Part shown: piece by piece, positions 27,694 to 37,606 of the stretch
Position numbering within the stretch: the first letter of the stretch is position 1
Layout of the letters: each line of letters begins with the position of its first letter
Source of the DNA: an uncultured Bacilli bacterium
Lineage (GTDB): Bacteria; Bacillota_I; Bacilli_A; RF39; UBA660
NCBI GenBank assembly: GCA_947632405.1
Contig: CANRPE010000005.1
Coordinates: 1-46,711, forward strand
Direction: 5' to 3'
Length of the DNA stretch: 46,711 nucleotides
Translations under genes and position numbers: made by a program
The notes under the pieces: model-generated
The model's database searches: none
What the model saw: the letters and a program-made list of their open reading frames with translations, nothing else
What the model was told of the DNA's origin: nothing

Positions 27694-27807
27694 AGATGGC
27701 CTCCTATTAGTAATTATGTTTCAGAATTAAAAAAAAGAACTATCAAATTTATAAAATATGTATAATATTTTATAAATTTATGATAATATTATATTTAGGA
27801 GGTATAT

Positions 27808-29202
27808 ATGGAAAATATATTAAAAGATAAAATTTGTGGTTGGAAAAATTTAAGTGAGGATGAAAAAAATAATATTTTTTCTTTTAATGAAAAATATATT
27901 AATTTTTTAAATAATTCCAAGACTGAAAGAGAGGCAAATAAAGTTATTATTAGCGAATTAGAAGCTAATGGTTTTGTTGACATTAATAATTTAGATTATA
28001 TAAATGCTGGTGATAAAGTTTATTATAATAATCGTGGTAAAAGTGTTTTTGCTGCTGTTATTGGTAGTGAATCTCTTGAAAATGGTGTAAATATGATTGG
28101 AGCTCATATTGATTCACCTAGGTTGGATTTAAAACCAAATCCTTTTTATGAAGATGCTAAATTAGCTCTATTAAAAACACATTATTATGGAGGAATAAAA
28201 AAATATCAATGGACAACTATTCCTTTATCAATGCATGGAATAATTGTAAAAGCAAATGGTGAAAAAATTTCTATATCTATTGGTGAAGATGAAAATGATC
28301 CTATTTTTACAATTACTGATTTACTTCCTCATTTAGCAGTAGAACAATCTAATAAGCCATTAAGAAAAGCTATTGAGGGAGAAAGTTTAAATATTTTAAT
28401 AGGTAGTATTCCAAGTGAAAGTGATAAAGATGCTATTAAAGAGAATATTTTAAATTTATTAAACGAAAAGTATGGAATTACAGAAATAGATTTTTGTAGT
28501 TCTGAAATTGAACTAGTACCTGCTTTTAAAGCTAGAAGTTTAGGTTTTGATAAAAGTATGATAGCTTCTTATGGTCAAGATGATCGTGTTTGTGCTTATG
28601 CATCATTACAAGCTCTTATTAATGCAAAGCAATCTGCTTATACTCAAATTGGTATTTTTGTAGATAAAGAAGAAATTGGTAGTGTTGGTAATACAGGAGT
28701 ATGTTCATATACATTTGATTTCTTCATGAATAAACTATTTGAAAAAAGTGGAATTAATTCCATGGGTGCATTAAATAAGTTTTATTGTAATTCTAGAATG
28801 ATTTCTGCTGATGTTGGTGCAGGAATGGATCCTAATTATTTAGAAGTTTCAGAACCTAATAATGCATCATATATTGGTTATGGAATTGAAATAAATAAAT
28901 ATACAGGCTCATTAGGAAAAAGTGGTGCAAGTGATGCTAATGCAGAATTTGTTGGTTATATTCGTAATGTTTTTGAAACTAATAATGTAAAATATCAATT
29001 ATCTGAACTTGGTAAAGTAGATATTGGTGGAGGCGGAACAATTGCTTACATTTTAGCAAATAGAGGTATGGATGTTATCGATTGTGGAGTTCCTGTTATT
29101 TCTATGCATTCTCCATATGAAGTAACTAGTAAATATGATGTATATGCAGCATATTGTGCATATAAAGCATTCTATGAAAGTAATCAAAAAGTAAATTACT
29201 AA
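27808..29202 (+). CDS. M18-family aminopeptidase (ApeA-like)
   Basis: GAHIDSPRLD, YYGGIKKYQW, GQDDR, DKEEIGS, SMHSP. Confidence 0.92.
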   Translation: MENILKDKICGWKNLSEDEKNNIFSFNEKYINFLNNSKTEREANKVIISELEANGFVDINNLDYINAGDKVYYNNRGKSVFAAVIGSESLENGVNMIGAHIDSPRLDLKPNPFYEDAKLALLKTHYYGGIKKYQWTTIPLSMHGIIVKANGEKISISIGEDENDPIFTITDLLPHLAVEQSNKPLRKAIEGESLNILIGSIPSESDKDAIKENILNLLNEKYGITEIDFCSSEIELVPAFKARSLGFDKSMIASYGQDDRVCAYASLQALINAKQSAYTQIGIFVDKEEIGSVGNTGVCSYTFDFFMNKLFEKSGINSMGALNKFYCNSRMISADVGAGMDPNYLEVSEPNNASYIGYGIEINKYTGSLGKSGASDANAEFVGYIRNVFETNNVKYQLSELGKVDIGGGGTIAYILANRGMDVIDCGVPVISMHSPYEVTSKYDVYAAYCAYKAFYESNQKVNY

Positions 29203-29232
29203 AAAAATTGACTGATTAGTCAATTTTTTTTT
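29201..29232. terminator. Bidirectional terminator between the aminopeptidase and lexA
   Basis: AAAAAAATTGACT-gatt-AGTCAATTTTTTT. Confidence 0.85.
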
Positions 29233-29850
29233 TTAAAATTTTCTATATAATCCAATAGCTTTTCCAAGAATAGTAACTTCATCTAAAATGATTGGTTCCA
29301 TTGTATCATTTTCTGGTTGTAATCTAAAGTGATTGTTTTCTTTATAAAATGTTTTAACAGTTACTTCATTATTTTTGTTCATTGCTACAACGGTATCTCC
29401 ATTTTTTGCAGTATTTTGTCTTTCAACAATTAAAATATCACCATCATAGATTCCAACATTAATCATTGATTCTCCGCTTACTTTTAAAGTAAATACTTCT
29501 TTTTTATTACTAACTAAATTAGCAGGTAAAGAGAAATATTCATTTGGGGTTTCAATAGCTTCAATTGGAGTACCAGCTGTTACTTTTCCAAGAAGTGGAA
29601 CATCAATAACATCTTCATCTTTTTCTAAAAATTCGTTTGGAACTAATAACTCAATTGTTCTATTTTTGCTATTATCTTTTTTTATAAAACCTTTTTCTTC
29701 TAATTGAGTAAGATGAAAGTGAGTAGTAGCAGGAGATCTTAAATTAGCAGCTGCTCCTATTTCTCTAACAGTTGGTGAATAGCCATTTTTAGCTTTTAAT
29801 TGTTTAATAATTTGAAGAATATATGCTTGGCGTTCTGTTAATTTTTCCAT
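29233..29850 (-). CDS. lexA: SOS repressor LexA
   Basis: LTERQ, SPTVREIG, VTAG cleavage site, GESM catalytic Ser, VTVK catalytic Lys; start 29850 has a GGAGG RBS. Confidence 0.97.
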   Translation of the reverse strand: MEKLTERQAYILQIIKQLKAKNGYSPTVREIGAAANLRSPATTHFHLTQLEEKGFIKKDNSKNRTIELLVPNEFLEKDEDVIDVPLLGKVTAGTPIEAIETPNEYFSLPANLVSNKKEVFTLKVSGESMINVGIYDGDILIVERQNTAKNGDTVVAMNKNNEVTVKTFYKENNHFRLQPENDTMEPIILDEVTILGKAIGLYRKF

Positions 29851-29872
29851 TTGTTCCTCCTTTACTATTTTT

Positions 29873-29901
29873 AGTTTAACATTTTTATTGTCAATTGTCA
29901 A
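29873..29901 (-). promoter_or_regulatory. lexA promoter
   Basis: Minus strand TTGACA (29896-29901), 17-nt spacer, TGnTAAACT. Confidence 0.7.
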
Positions 29902-29912
29902 ACAAATGTTTC
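29899..29912. promoter_or_regulatory. SOS (Cheo) box-like site 1
   Basis: CAAAC-AAAT-GTTTC versus consensus CGAAC-N4-GTTCG; overlaps the lexA -35. Confidence 0.55.
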
Positions 29913-29921
29913 AAAAGATAG

Positions 29922-29950
29922 TTGACACGAACAAGTGTATGATATATACT
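29922..29950 (+). promoter_or_regulatory. Sigma-A promoter with an SOS box in the spacer
   Basis: TTGACA-17 nt-TATACT; the spacer contains CGAAC-AAGT-GTATG (29928-29941). Confidence 0.75.
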
Positions 29951-29984
29951 AAAATTGTCAAACAAAGAAAAGGAGATGATTTTT

Positions 29985-30137
29985 ATGACAAACATAGTAA
30001 AGAAAGGATTATTTATTACTTTTATTTATCTAATGGCAGTAGTTTCTACTTTATTGATTACAGATAGAGTTGCTGAATTAGAAACAAGAGATTTAAGAAA
30101 TAATAATCAATCTATTGCTATTAAATTATCACGTTAA
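29985..30137 (+). CDS. Small single-TM protein divergent from lexA (candidate SOS cell-division inhibitor)
   Basis: MTNIVKKGLFITFIYLMAVVSTLLITDRVAELETRDLRNNNQSIAIKLSR (50 aa); AAGGAG RBS; occupies the yneA/sosA position. Confidence 0.7.
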   Translation: MTNIVKKGLFITFIYLMAVVSTLLITDRVAELETRDLRNNNQSIAIKLSR

Positions 30138-30178
30138 GTTTTCTTAAATTATGTTATAATATAATTTAGGTGATGAAA

Positions 30179-32815
30179 ATGAAAAAAGTAATCTTAGTAG
30201 ATGGAAATAATCTTTTATTTAGAAGTTATTATGCTACAGCATATCAAGGAGTTATTATGAGAAATTCTAAAGGTTTTCCTACTAATGCTCTATACGGATT
30301 TATTAATATGATTAATAAAATTTTGAAAGAAGAAAATCCTAATTATATTTTAGTTGCATTTGATAAAGGAAAATCTTTTAGACATGTAAAATATGATTTT
30401 TATAAAGGTGGACGTAATGAAACTCCAGATGATTTAAAACAGCAGTTTCCAAAAGCTAAGGAAATACTTGATGCCATGGGTATTAAATATTTTGAAATTG
30501 ATAATTATGAAGCTGACGATATTATTGGAACAGTTTCTAAAAAAGTTGATGAAGAAGATGAATTTATTGCGACAATTGTAAGTAGTGATAAAGATTTATT
30601 ACAATTAATTAGTGATGAAGTTGACGTAAAACTTTTAAAAACTAGTGGCTTTATTAAAATGGATCAAAACGAGTTTATTAAAACCTATGGAGTAGAACCA
30701 ATTAAAATGATTGATTTGAAAGCATTAATGGGTGATTCTAGTGATAATATACCAGGAGTCAAAGGAATAGGTGAAAAAACTGCTATTAGTTTACTTACCA
30801 AATATAAGGATTTAGATAACTTATATAAAAATATAGAAAACGTTACTGGTAAGACAAAAGAAAAATTAATAAATGATAAAGCAAATGCTTATATGAGCTA
30901 TGAAATGGCAACTATTTATAGAGAAGTTCCTCTTGATTTTGAATTAGAAGATTTAAAATATGAGGGAATAAAACAAGAAAAATATATTTCTTTATTAAAA
31001 GAATTTGAATTTAATTCACTTCTTCGTAAATTAGATAATATTGATTTAAAAAGTAATATTTCTAATTTAGATGAAAAAAACACTAATCAAAAAGAATTAA
31101 AAATTAAAGATATCAGTGAATTTAAAAATGATAAGGATATTTCTTATTATGTTGAGATGAATGGATTAATTTATAATAAAGCAAAAATAATTGGTATTGG
31201 AATATACGATGGTGAATATGCTTATTATATTGATCAAGAAAATCTTTCAAATTATCCAAATTTATTTAATTCTATATATAATAAGTATACTTATGATTTA
31301 AAGAAAAATATTGTTTCCTTTAATTCAATAGGAATTTCAGAAAAAAATACAGTATTTGATTTAATGATTGCAGGTTACTTATTAAATTATAATGTAAAGG
31401 ATGATATTAGTTTTCTAGCTAAGGAACTTGGCTATGAAATTGAAAGTTATGAAGAAGAATTTGGAACAGAAAAAAGAAAAAAAGATGTAGCAGAAGAACA
31501 TATTAAAAAAATATGTATGGAAAAAGCTAAATTTATTTATGAAGTAAGAATGCAAATTATTAAAGAATTGGAAAAAGAAGAAGCAACATCATTATTTGAA
31601 GATATTGAAATGCCATTATCTAGAGTTTTAGCTGATATGGAAATAACAGGTATAAAAGTAAATTCACAATATTTAGATCAAGTAGCAATTGATTTAGAAC
31701 AACATATTAAAGCTGTAGAACAAGCTATTTATGAAGATGCTTCTTGTGAGTTTAATATTATGTCTCCAAAACAATTAGGTGATATTTTATTTGAAAAATT
31801 AGGAATTAAATATCCGAAAAGAATGAAAGAAGGAAATAAACGATATTTGTATTTAACTAATAAGGAAATATTAGACAAAATTATTGATTGTCATCCTATA
31901 GTTAAAAAAATATTAGAATATAGAACTTTAACTAAACTTCATAAGAATTATGCTGTTGGTTTAAAAAATGAAATTAGAGCGGATGGTAGAATTCATACAA
32001 TTTTTACTCAAACATTAACAAGAACAGGGAGACTTTCTAGTATTAATCCAAATTTACAAAATATTCCTGCAAAAGAAGAATATTCTAAATTAATCCGTAC
32101 AGCTTTTATTCCAGATGATAATTCTATAATTTTATCAAGTGATTATTCTCAAGTAGAATTAAGAATATTTTCATCATTATCTAATGCAACTAACTTAATT
32201 GAAGCTTTTAAGAATAATCAAGATATTCATGCTAAAACAGCAGCTGATATTTTTCATATTCCCTTAAGTGAAGTAACAAAGGACATGAGAAGAACAGCTA
32301 AAGCGGTTAATTTTGGAATTTTATATGGAATTAGTAGTTTTGGTTTAAGTGAAGATTTAGGAATTGATATAAAAACAGCTAAGCAATTTATTGATAATTA
32401 TTTGGAAACTTATCCAGGTATAAAAGAATACATGGAAAAAGAAAAAATGGAAGCATATCAAAATGGTTATGTTAAAACATTAATGAATCGAAAAAGAGTA
32501 ATTGAAGAATTACAAAGTAGAAATTATATGGTTCGTAATGGTGGTGAAAGAATAGCTTTAAATACACCAATTCAAGGAACAGCAGCTGATATTTTAAAAA
32601 AGGCTATGGTAGAAATTTTTGACAAATTTAAAGAAAAAGGCTTAAAAAGTAAAATGTTAATTCAAGTTCATGATGAATTGGTATTTAATGTAGTAGAAGA
32701 TGAATTAGAAACCGTTAAACAAATTGTTAGAGATATTATGGAAAATACATATAAATTAACAGTACCATTAAAAGTAGAAATAGAATGTGGCAAAAATTGG
32801 TATGAAGCAAAATAA
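30179..32815 (+). CDS. polA: DNA polymerase I
   Basis: LVDGN, EADD, DNIPGVKGIGEKTA, TGRLSS, DYSQVELR, KAVNFGILYG, QVHDE. Confidence 0.98.
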   Translation: MKKVILVDGNNLLFRSYYATAYQGVIMRNSKGFPTNALYGFINMINKILKEENPNYILVAFDKGKSFRHVKYDFYKGGRNETPDDLKQQFPKAKEILDAMGIKYFEIDNYEADDIIGTVSKKVDEEDEFIATIVSSDKDLLQLISDEVDVKLLKTSGFIKMDQNEFIKTYGVEPIKMIDLKALMGDSSDNIPGVKGIGEKTAISLLTKYKDLDNLYKNIENVTGKTKEKLINDKANAYMSYEMATIYREVPLDFELEDLKYEGIKQEKYISLLKEFEFNSLLRKLDNIDLKSNISNLDEKNTNQKELKIKDISEFKNDKDISYYVEMNGLIYNKAKIIGIGIYDGEYAYYIDQENLSNYPNLFNSIYNKYTYDLKKNIVSFNSIGISEKNTVFDLMIAGYLLNYNVKDDISFLAKELGYEIESYEEEFGTEKRKKDVAEEHIKKICMEKAKFIYEVRMQIIKELEKEEATSLFEDIEMPLSRVLADMEITGIKVNSQYLDQVAIDLEQHIKAVEQAIYEDASCEFNIMSPKQLGDILFEKLGIKYPKRMKEGNKRYLYLTNKEILDKIIDCHPIVKKILEYRTLTKLHKNYAVGLKNEIRADGRIHTIFTQTLTRTGRLSSINPNLQNIPAKEEYSKLIRTAFIPDDNSIILSSDYSQVELRIFSSLSNATNLIEAFKNNQDIHAKTAADIFHIPLSEVTKDMRRTAKAVNFGILYGISSFGLSEDLGIDIKTAKQFIDNYLETYPGIKEYMEKEKMEAYQNGYVKTLMNRKRVIEELQSRNYMVRNGGERIALNTPIQGTAADILKKAMVEIFDKFKEKGLKSKMLIQVHDELVFNVVEDELETVKQIVRDIMENTYKLTVPLKVEIECGKNWYEAK

Positions 32816-32829
32816 AATGAGGTGATAAA

Positions 32830-33651
32830 ATGCCAGAAAAACCAGAAGTAATTACAGTAGTAAAATCTTTAAAGAAAAAAGTATTGGAAAGTACTATTAC
32901 AGATGTAGATGTATATTGGAATAATATTATTGCTAGTCCAAATGTAAAAGAATTTAAATCAAAAATAAAAGGACAAACAATTCATGATATTACTACTAGA
33001 GGAAAATGGATTGTTTTTCATTTAGATGCTTATGTTTTATTAATTCATCTAAGAATGGAAGGAAAATTTATCTTTAGAAAAAGAAATGATGTATTAAATA
33101 AGCATGAACATGTTATTTTCCATTTGGATGATGATATAGAGATGAGATTTCATGACGTAAGAAAGTTTGGAAAAATGTATTTATTAGATAAAAATAATTA
33201 TTTAAATCAAATACCTCTCAAATCCATGGGTTATGAATTTGATGATAAAAATTTAACAAAAAAATATTTATATGATAAACTTCAAAAAAAATATATTCCT
33301 ATTAAAACAAGTTTATTAGATCAAAGTATTATAACAGGGATAGGTAATATATATGATGATGAAATTCTATTTTTAAGTAAAATAAATCCACTTAGAAAAT
33401 CTAATTCTATTACTTTAGATGAATGTGACAAAATTATAAAAAATACTAGAAAAGTATTAAAAGAAGCTATTGAATTGGGAGGAACAACTATTAAAAGTTT
33501 TACTTCTAGTGAGGGTGTACATGGATTGTTTCAAACTAAACTTTTAGTTCATGGTAAAAGAAATTCTTTATGTCCAGTATGTAATGAAAAAATTGAAGTA
33601 ATTAAAATTAATGGTAGAAGTACTTATTATTGTTCGAAATGTCAATTATAG
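32830..33651 (+). CDS. mutM: Formamidopyrimidine-DNA glycosylase
   Basis: N-terminal MPE-PEV, RGK, HLRMEG, GIGNIY, C-terminal CxxC/CxxC zinc finger; follows polA. Confidence 0.96.
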   Translation: MPEKPEVITVVKSLKKKVLESTITDVDVYWNNIIASPNVKEFKSKIKGQTIHDITTRGKWIVFHLDAYVLLIHLRMEGKFIFRKRNDVLNKHEHVIFHLDDDIEMRFHDVRKFGKMYLLDKNNYLNQIPLKSMGYEFDDKNLTKKYLYDKLQKKYIPIKTSLLDQSIITGIGNIYDDEILFLSKINPLRKSNSITLDECDKIIKNTRKVLKEAIELGGTTIKSFTSSEGVHGLFQTKLLVHGKRNSLCPVCNEKIEVIKINGRSTYYCSKCQL

Positions 33652-33743
33652 CTACATAAATTTATTATGAACAAATTAATATAGTTGTTTTTTTTCTCTT
33701 TATATTGTATAATTAATTGGTGAGTTTAGGAGGAGAAGTATTT

Positions 33744-35153
33744 ATGAAAAAGACAAAAATAGTGTGTAGTATTGGTCCATCAAGTAATGATGTTGATGTA
33801 ATGAAAGAAATGGTTGAAGCTGGTATGAATGTTGCTAGAATTAATTTTTCACATGCAACAAAAGAAGAAAAAGAAAAAGCTTTGGCTTCAGTTCGTGAAG
33901 TTAGAAAATTAACAGGAAAATCTGTTGCAATTTTATGGGATACAAAAGGTCCAGAATTTCGTAATGGTTTATTAGAAAATGATCAAATTGAATTAGTTCC
34001 AGGTGCAACAGTTCGTATTGTTAAAGAAGAAGTTCTTGGTACTGCTGAAAGATTTAGTGTTAATCATCCAGAAGCTATTGATGGATTAGTTCCAGGAGAT
34101 ATTGTTTTACTAGAAAATGCAAAAATGAAAATTGAAGTTGTTAGTAAAGAAAATGACGGTGTTACTTGTAAAGTATTAAATGGTGGTACTTTAGGTAATC
34201 GTAAAAGTATGAGTGTTCCAGGAAAAGCTCTTAATATTCCATATGTTAGTGATTTGGATAGAGCAGATATGGAGTATGCTTGTAAAAATGGGGGAGAATT
34301 TTTAGCTATTTCATTTGTTTCAATGAAAGAAAATGTTTTAGAAGTAAAAGAAATTTTAAAGCAAAATAATCGTGAAGATTTAAAAATTATTTGTAAAATA
34401 GAAAGTCAGTTAGGAATTGATAATTTAAAAGAAATTTTATCTGTTTCTGATGGAATTATGATTGGTCGTGGTGATTTAGGAACTGAAATTCCTAGTGAAG
34501 AAGTACCACATGCTCAAAAAGCCATGATTAAAGTTTGTCGTGAAATGGGTAAAGTAGTAATTACTGCTACAGAAATGCTTGAAACTATGATGGAAAATAG
34601 TAGACCAAAAAGAGCTGAAACTTCTGATATTGCAAATGCAGTATTGGATGGTACTGATGCAGTTATGTTATCTGGTGAAACAACTATAGGAAAACATCCA
34701 ATTGAAACAGTAAAAGCAATGGCTAATATTTGTGAAGTAGCTGAGCGTTATGCTAGCTTTGATTATATCTCTGGTAGAAAAGTAAATGATATTCCATCTG
34801 CAATTGCTGAAAATGTAGTAGAAAGTTCAAATCGTTTAGGAGCTAAATTAATTTGTGCTGCTACTATGAGTGGTAGAACAGCATCTATTATTAGTAATTT
34901 GAAACCAAATGCTCCAATTCTTGCATTATGTCCAGATGAAAAAACAGGACTTCAATTAGCACTTAATTGGGGAGTTTATCCTACAGATTTAAAAAAATGT
35001 AATTCTACTGATGAAGTATTAAATTCAAGTGTAGCTAAAGCTAAAGAATTTATGGATTTAAATAGCGGTGATAAAATTGTTATTACAGGTGGTTTCCCTA
35101 ATACTGATACAAGTAGAACTACAAATTTAATGAAAATTGAATTTGTTGATTAA
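33744..35153 (+). CDS. pyk: Pyruvate kinase
   Basis: KTKIVCSIGP, ARINFSH, DTKGPE, GRGDLG, DAVMLSGET; AGGAGG RBS supports a start at 33744. Confidence 0.98.
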   Translation: MKKTKIVCSIGPSSNDVDVMKEMVEAGMNVARINFSHATKEEKEKALASVREVRKLTGKSVAILWDTKGPEFRNGLLENDQIELVPGATVRIVKEEVLGTAERFSVNHPEAIDGLVPGDIVLLENAKMKIEVVSKENDGVTCKVLNGGTLGNRKSMSVPGKALNIPYVSDLDRADMEYACKNGGEFLAISFVSMKENVLEVKEILKQNNREDLKIICKIESQLGIDNLKEILSVSDGIMIGRGDLGTEIPSEEVPHAQKAMIKVCREMGKVVITATEMLETMMENSRPKRAETSDIANAVLDGTDAVMLSGETTIGKHPIETVKAMANICEVAERYASFDYISGRKVNDIPSAIAENVVESSNRLGAKLICAATMSGRTASIISNLKPNAPILALCPDEKTGLQLALNWGVYPTDLKKCNSTDEVLNSSVAKAKEFMDLNSGDKIVITGGFPNTDTSRTTNLMKIEFVD

Positions 35154-35178
35154 AGAATAGTTATAGCTATTCTTTTTT
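35152..35178 (+). terminator. Intrinsic terminator after pyk
   Basis: AAAGAATAG...CTATTCTTT plus T-run. Confidence 0.7.
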
Positions 35179-35204
35179 ATTTAAAAAAAACAAGTAAGCT
35201 ATAT

Positions 35205-35864
35205 TTACTTGTTAGTACTATCATATTCTAATAAAACTTCATGTATTTCTTCTTCTAAAGAATTAATAAATTCATCATCCATTAAATCAACTCGACATTT
35301 TTCTGATATAATAATTGAATTTACTTTTTTAGCAGCATCTTCAACAATATCATTAATAACAACATAGTTATATTTATTTACAGTATTAATTTCTTTATAT
35401 GCAATTTGGAATCTTTTAGTAATAGCTTCTTTTGTTTCTGTATTCCTATTTTCTAATCTTTTCTTTAGTTCCTTAATACTAGGTGGTAGAATAAAGATAA
35501 ATAAAGTATTCTTTAACTGTTCTTTAATTTTCAAAGCTCCTTGAATTTCTATTACTAAAATTACATCAATACCTTGATTTAGTTTTTCTTCAATGGCATC
35601 TTTTGGAGTTCCATAATAATTATCTGAGTATTTAGCATACTCTAAAAATTCTCCACGTTTTATTTTATCTTCAAATTCTTCTTTTGTTAAAAAGTAGTAA
35701 TCTTTTCCATCTACATCTCCTGGGCGAATTTTTCTACTAGTACATGATATTGATAGCCAGGCTTTTTTATTTGTTTTTAATACTTCTTTAACTACTGTAT
35801 CCTTTCCACAACCACTTGGTCCAGATATTACAATTAATTGTCCTTTATTTTTCATTGTTTTCAT
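35205..35864 (-). CDS. gmk: Guanylate kinase
   Basis: SGPSGCGK P-loop, DGKDYYF, YYGT, FILPPS. Confidence 0.96.
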   Translation of the reverse strand: MKTMKNKGQLIVISGPSGCGKDTVVKEVLKTNKKAWLSISCTSRKIRPGDVDGKDYYFLTKEEFEDKIKRGEFLEYAKYSDNYYGTPKDAIEEKLNQGIDVILVIEIQGALKIKEQLKNTLFIFILPPSIKELKKRLENRNTETKEAITKRFQIAYKEINTVNKYNYVVINDIVEDAAKKVNSIIISEKCRVDLMDDEFINSLEEEIHEVLLEYDSTNK

Positions 35865-37020
35865 TTTTTATTTCCTCCTTATATTTTGGATGATATTGAT
35901 ATTCTTTTTCAATTAACTTTTTCTTTTTATCTTCATTTAGTGTTGATGCATATATAGCAGTTGCTAAAAATTCCATTTCAAGGCTATTGGATTTATTTTT
36001 TGAAAAATTAGAAATAAGTGGAATAGTTACTTCTTTTTTAATTCTATTTATGTATTGTTGTCCTTTTTGATTAAATCCAAGAATCCTAATATATTCAATT
36101 TTATTACATTTTTCTTTTTTTTCTTTAGTAAATCCACATAAAATATGAACCAACATTCTATTTATTCTATTATAAGTATATCTTTTTGATTTTATTTTAT
36201 TGATTAAATCTTCATAGCTTGTTGAATTTAATATTTCTTTTTTTATTTTTTTATCTATTCCTTCATCTACTGTTTGAAATTTTTCTAAATTATCTTCTAA
36301 AATAATTTTATATTTTAAAAATTTAAAATAATCTTCTTGAAAATGCAAGTCACTGAGTCTAGATAATACAAATTCTGGAACATAGTTGCTTATATCTTTC
36401 TTTTCTATTAGGGCTTTTCTAATTGCAGTAGCACTAACTATTTCTGAATCTAATTTTTCACTTTTATAATTATTAACTCTTTTAATACAATAAGGTTTAA
36501 TTTTAAAATTATTTTCTTTTATAATTTTAAGATAACTAATTCCTAATAAGTCATTTGGTAAAGTTAAAACTTCTCCATTTAAATCTTTGATTGCTAGAGC
36601 TAAAGCTGTAGGATAATTATTTCCCATTTTTATATAAATTTTAGCTAAAGAATCAAAATCTGGATTATTTAGTTGAATATCAACTATTTTTTCAAATAAA
36701 CTAATATCGTTTGTTTCACTACCAAATACGAATTTATCTACTTTTAAATTTTCAAGAATAGTAAGTGCTCCAAAACTAAAAAAATCTGCACTTTCTGTTG
36801 AAAAAACAAAAGGTAATTCTATTACCAAATCAATTCCAGCTTCTTTACATATTTCTGCTTTAGTCCATTTATCAATTAAAGAAGGTTCTCCTCTTTGGGT
36901 AAATGAAGATGATATAACAGCAATAATTTCTTCATTAGGAAACATTTCTTTTATCTTTTGTAAATGATATTTATGTCCATTATGAAAGGGATTATATTCT
37001 GCAATAATGCCAACAGCCAT
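35845..37020 (-). CDS. tmcAL: tRNA(Met) cytidine acetate ligase (YlbM)
   Basis: GIIAEYNPFHNGH, FTQRGEP, FGSE, SATAIR, KSKRYT, YIRILGF; divergent from yceD-rpmF as in Bacillus; start 37020 with AGAGGTG RBS. Confidence 0.92.
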   Translation of the reverse strand: MAVGIIAEYNPFHNGHKYHLQKIKEMFPNEEIIAVISSSFTQRGEPSLIDKWTKAEICKEAGIDLVIELPFVFSTESADFFSFGALTILENLKVDKFVFGSETNDISLFEKIVDIQLNNPDFDSLAKIYIKMGNNYPTALALAIKDLNGEVLTLPNDLLGISYLKIIKENNFKIKPYCIKRVNNYKSEKLDSEIVSATAIRKALIEKKDISNYVPEFVLSRLSDLHFQEDYFKFLKYKIILEDNLEKFQTVDEGIDKKIKKEILNSTSYEDLINKIKSKRYTYNRINRMLVHILCGFTKEKKEKCNKIEYIRILGFNQKGQQYINRIKKEVTIPLISNFSKNKSNSLEMEFLATAIYASTLNEDKKKKLIEKEYQYHPKYKEEIKNENNEK

Positions 37021-37145
37021 AAAAACACCTCTTTTGATAGGAATAATTCTAACATAAAAATAGAATAAAATAAAGAAAAATTCATCTTTTACCTTTTTTA
37101 TTAACAATATTTATAGTATAATCTAAAAGAAAGTGACGTGATAAA

Positions 37146-37601
37146 ATGTTGATAGATTTAAATTTTAATGATTTTTATGAAATTAATGAAATAGTTGATA
37201 TTCCTAGTTCATATTATAAGAATAGTAAAGTAAAGAAATTAAATGATATTAAAGTAGTTGGTAAATTATATTATGATATTAAAGATAATTTATATGCTAA
37301 ATTTGATATTTCTGGAATTATGGTAATTGAAGATGATATTTCTTTAGAAAATATAGAATATCCTTTTTCTATAAAATATGATGATATTTTAGAAGAAAAC
37401 TTGAAAAACGAACAAAATAGACTTGATTTATTTGAATTTTTGTGGGAAAATATTGTACTAGAGGTTCCCTTAAAATTTACTAAGGTTACGAATCTCAGTG
37501 AATTTCATGGGGATGGATGGAAGTTAATTAGTGAAGATGCTATAATTCCTAATAATAATCCATTTAGTGAATTATTAGAAAACTTTGATAAAAAGGAGTG
37601 A
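37146..37601 (+). CDS. yceD: YceD/YlbN (DUF177) 23S rRNA accumulation protein
   Basis: [26 protein letters not shown]; directly upstream of rpmF. Confidence 0.85.
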   Translation: MLIDLNFNDFYEINEIVDIPSSYYKNSKVKKLNDIKVVGKLYYDIKDNLYAKFDISGIMVIEDDISLENIEYPFSIKYDDILEENLKNEQNRLDLFEFLWENIVLEVPLKFTKVTNLSEFHGDGWKLISEDAIIPNNNPFSELLENFDKKE

Positions 37602-37606
37602 TAAAA

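Noticed and set aside
27795-27983. 62-aa minus-strand ORF
   Set aside because: Antisense shadow of the M18 aminopeptidase start.
32830-32850. MutM starts MPEKPEV instead of MPELPEV
   Set aside because: Catalytic Pro2 and Glu3 are retained; a single substitution is not evidence of a new function.
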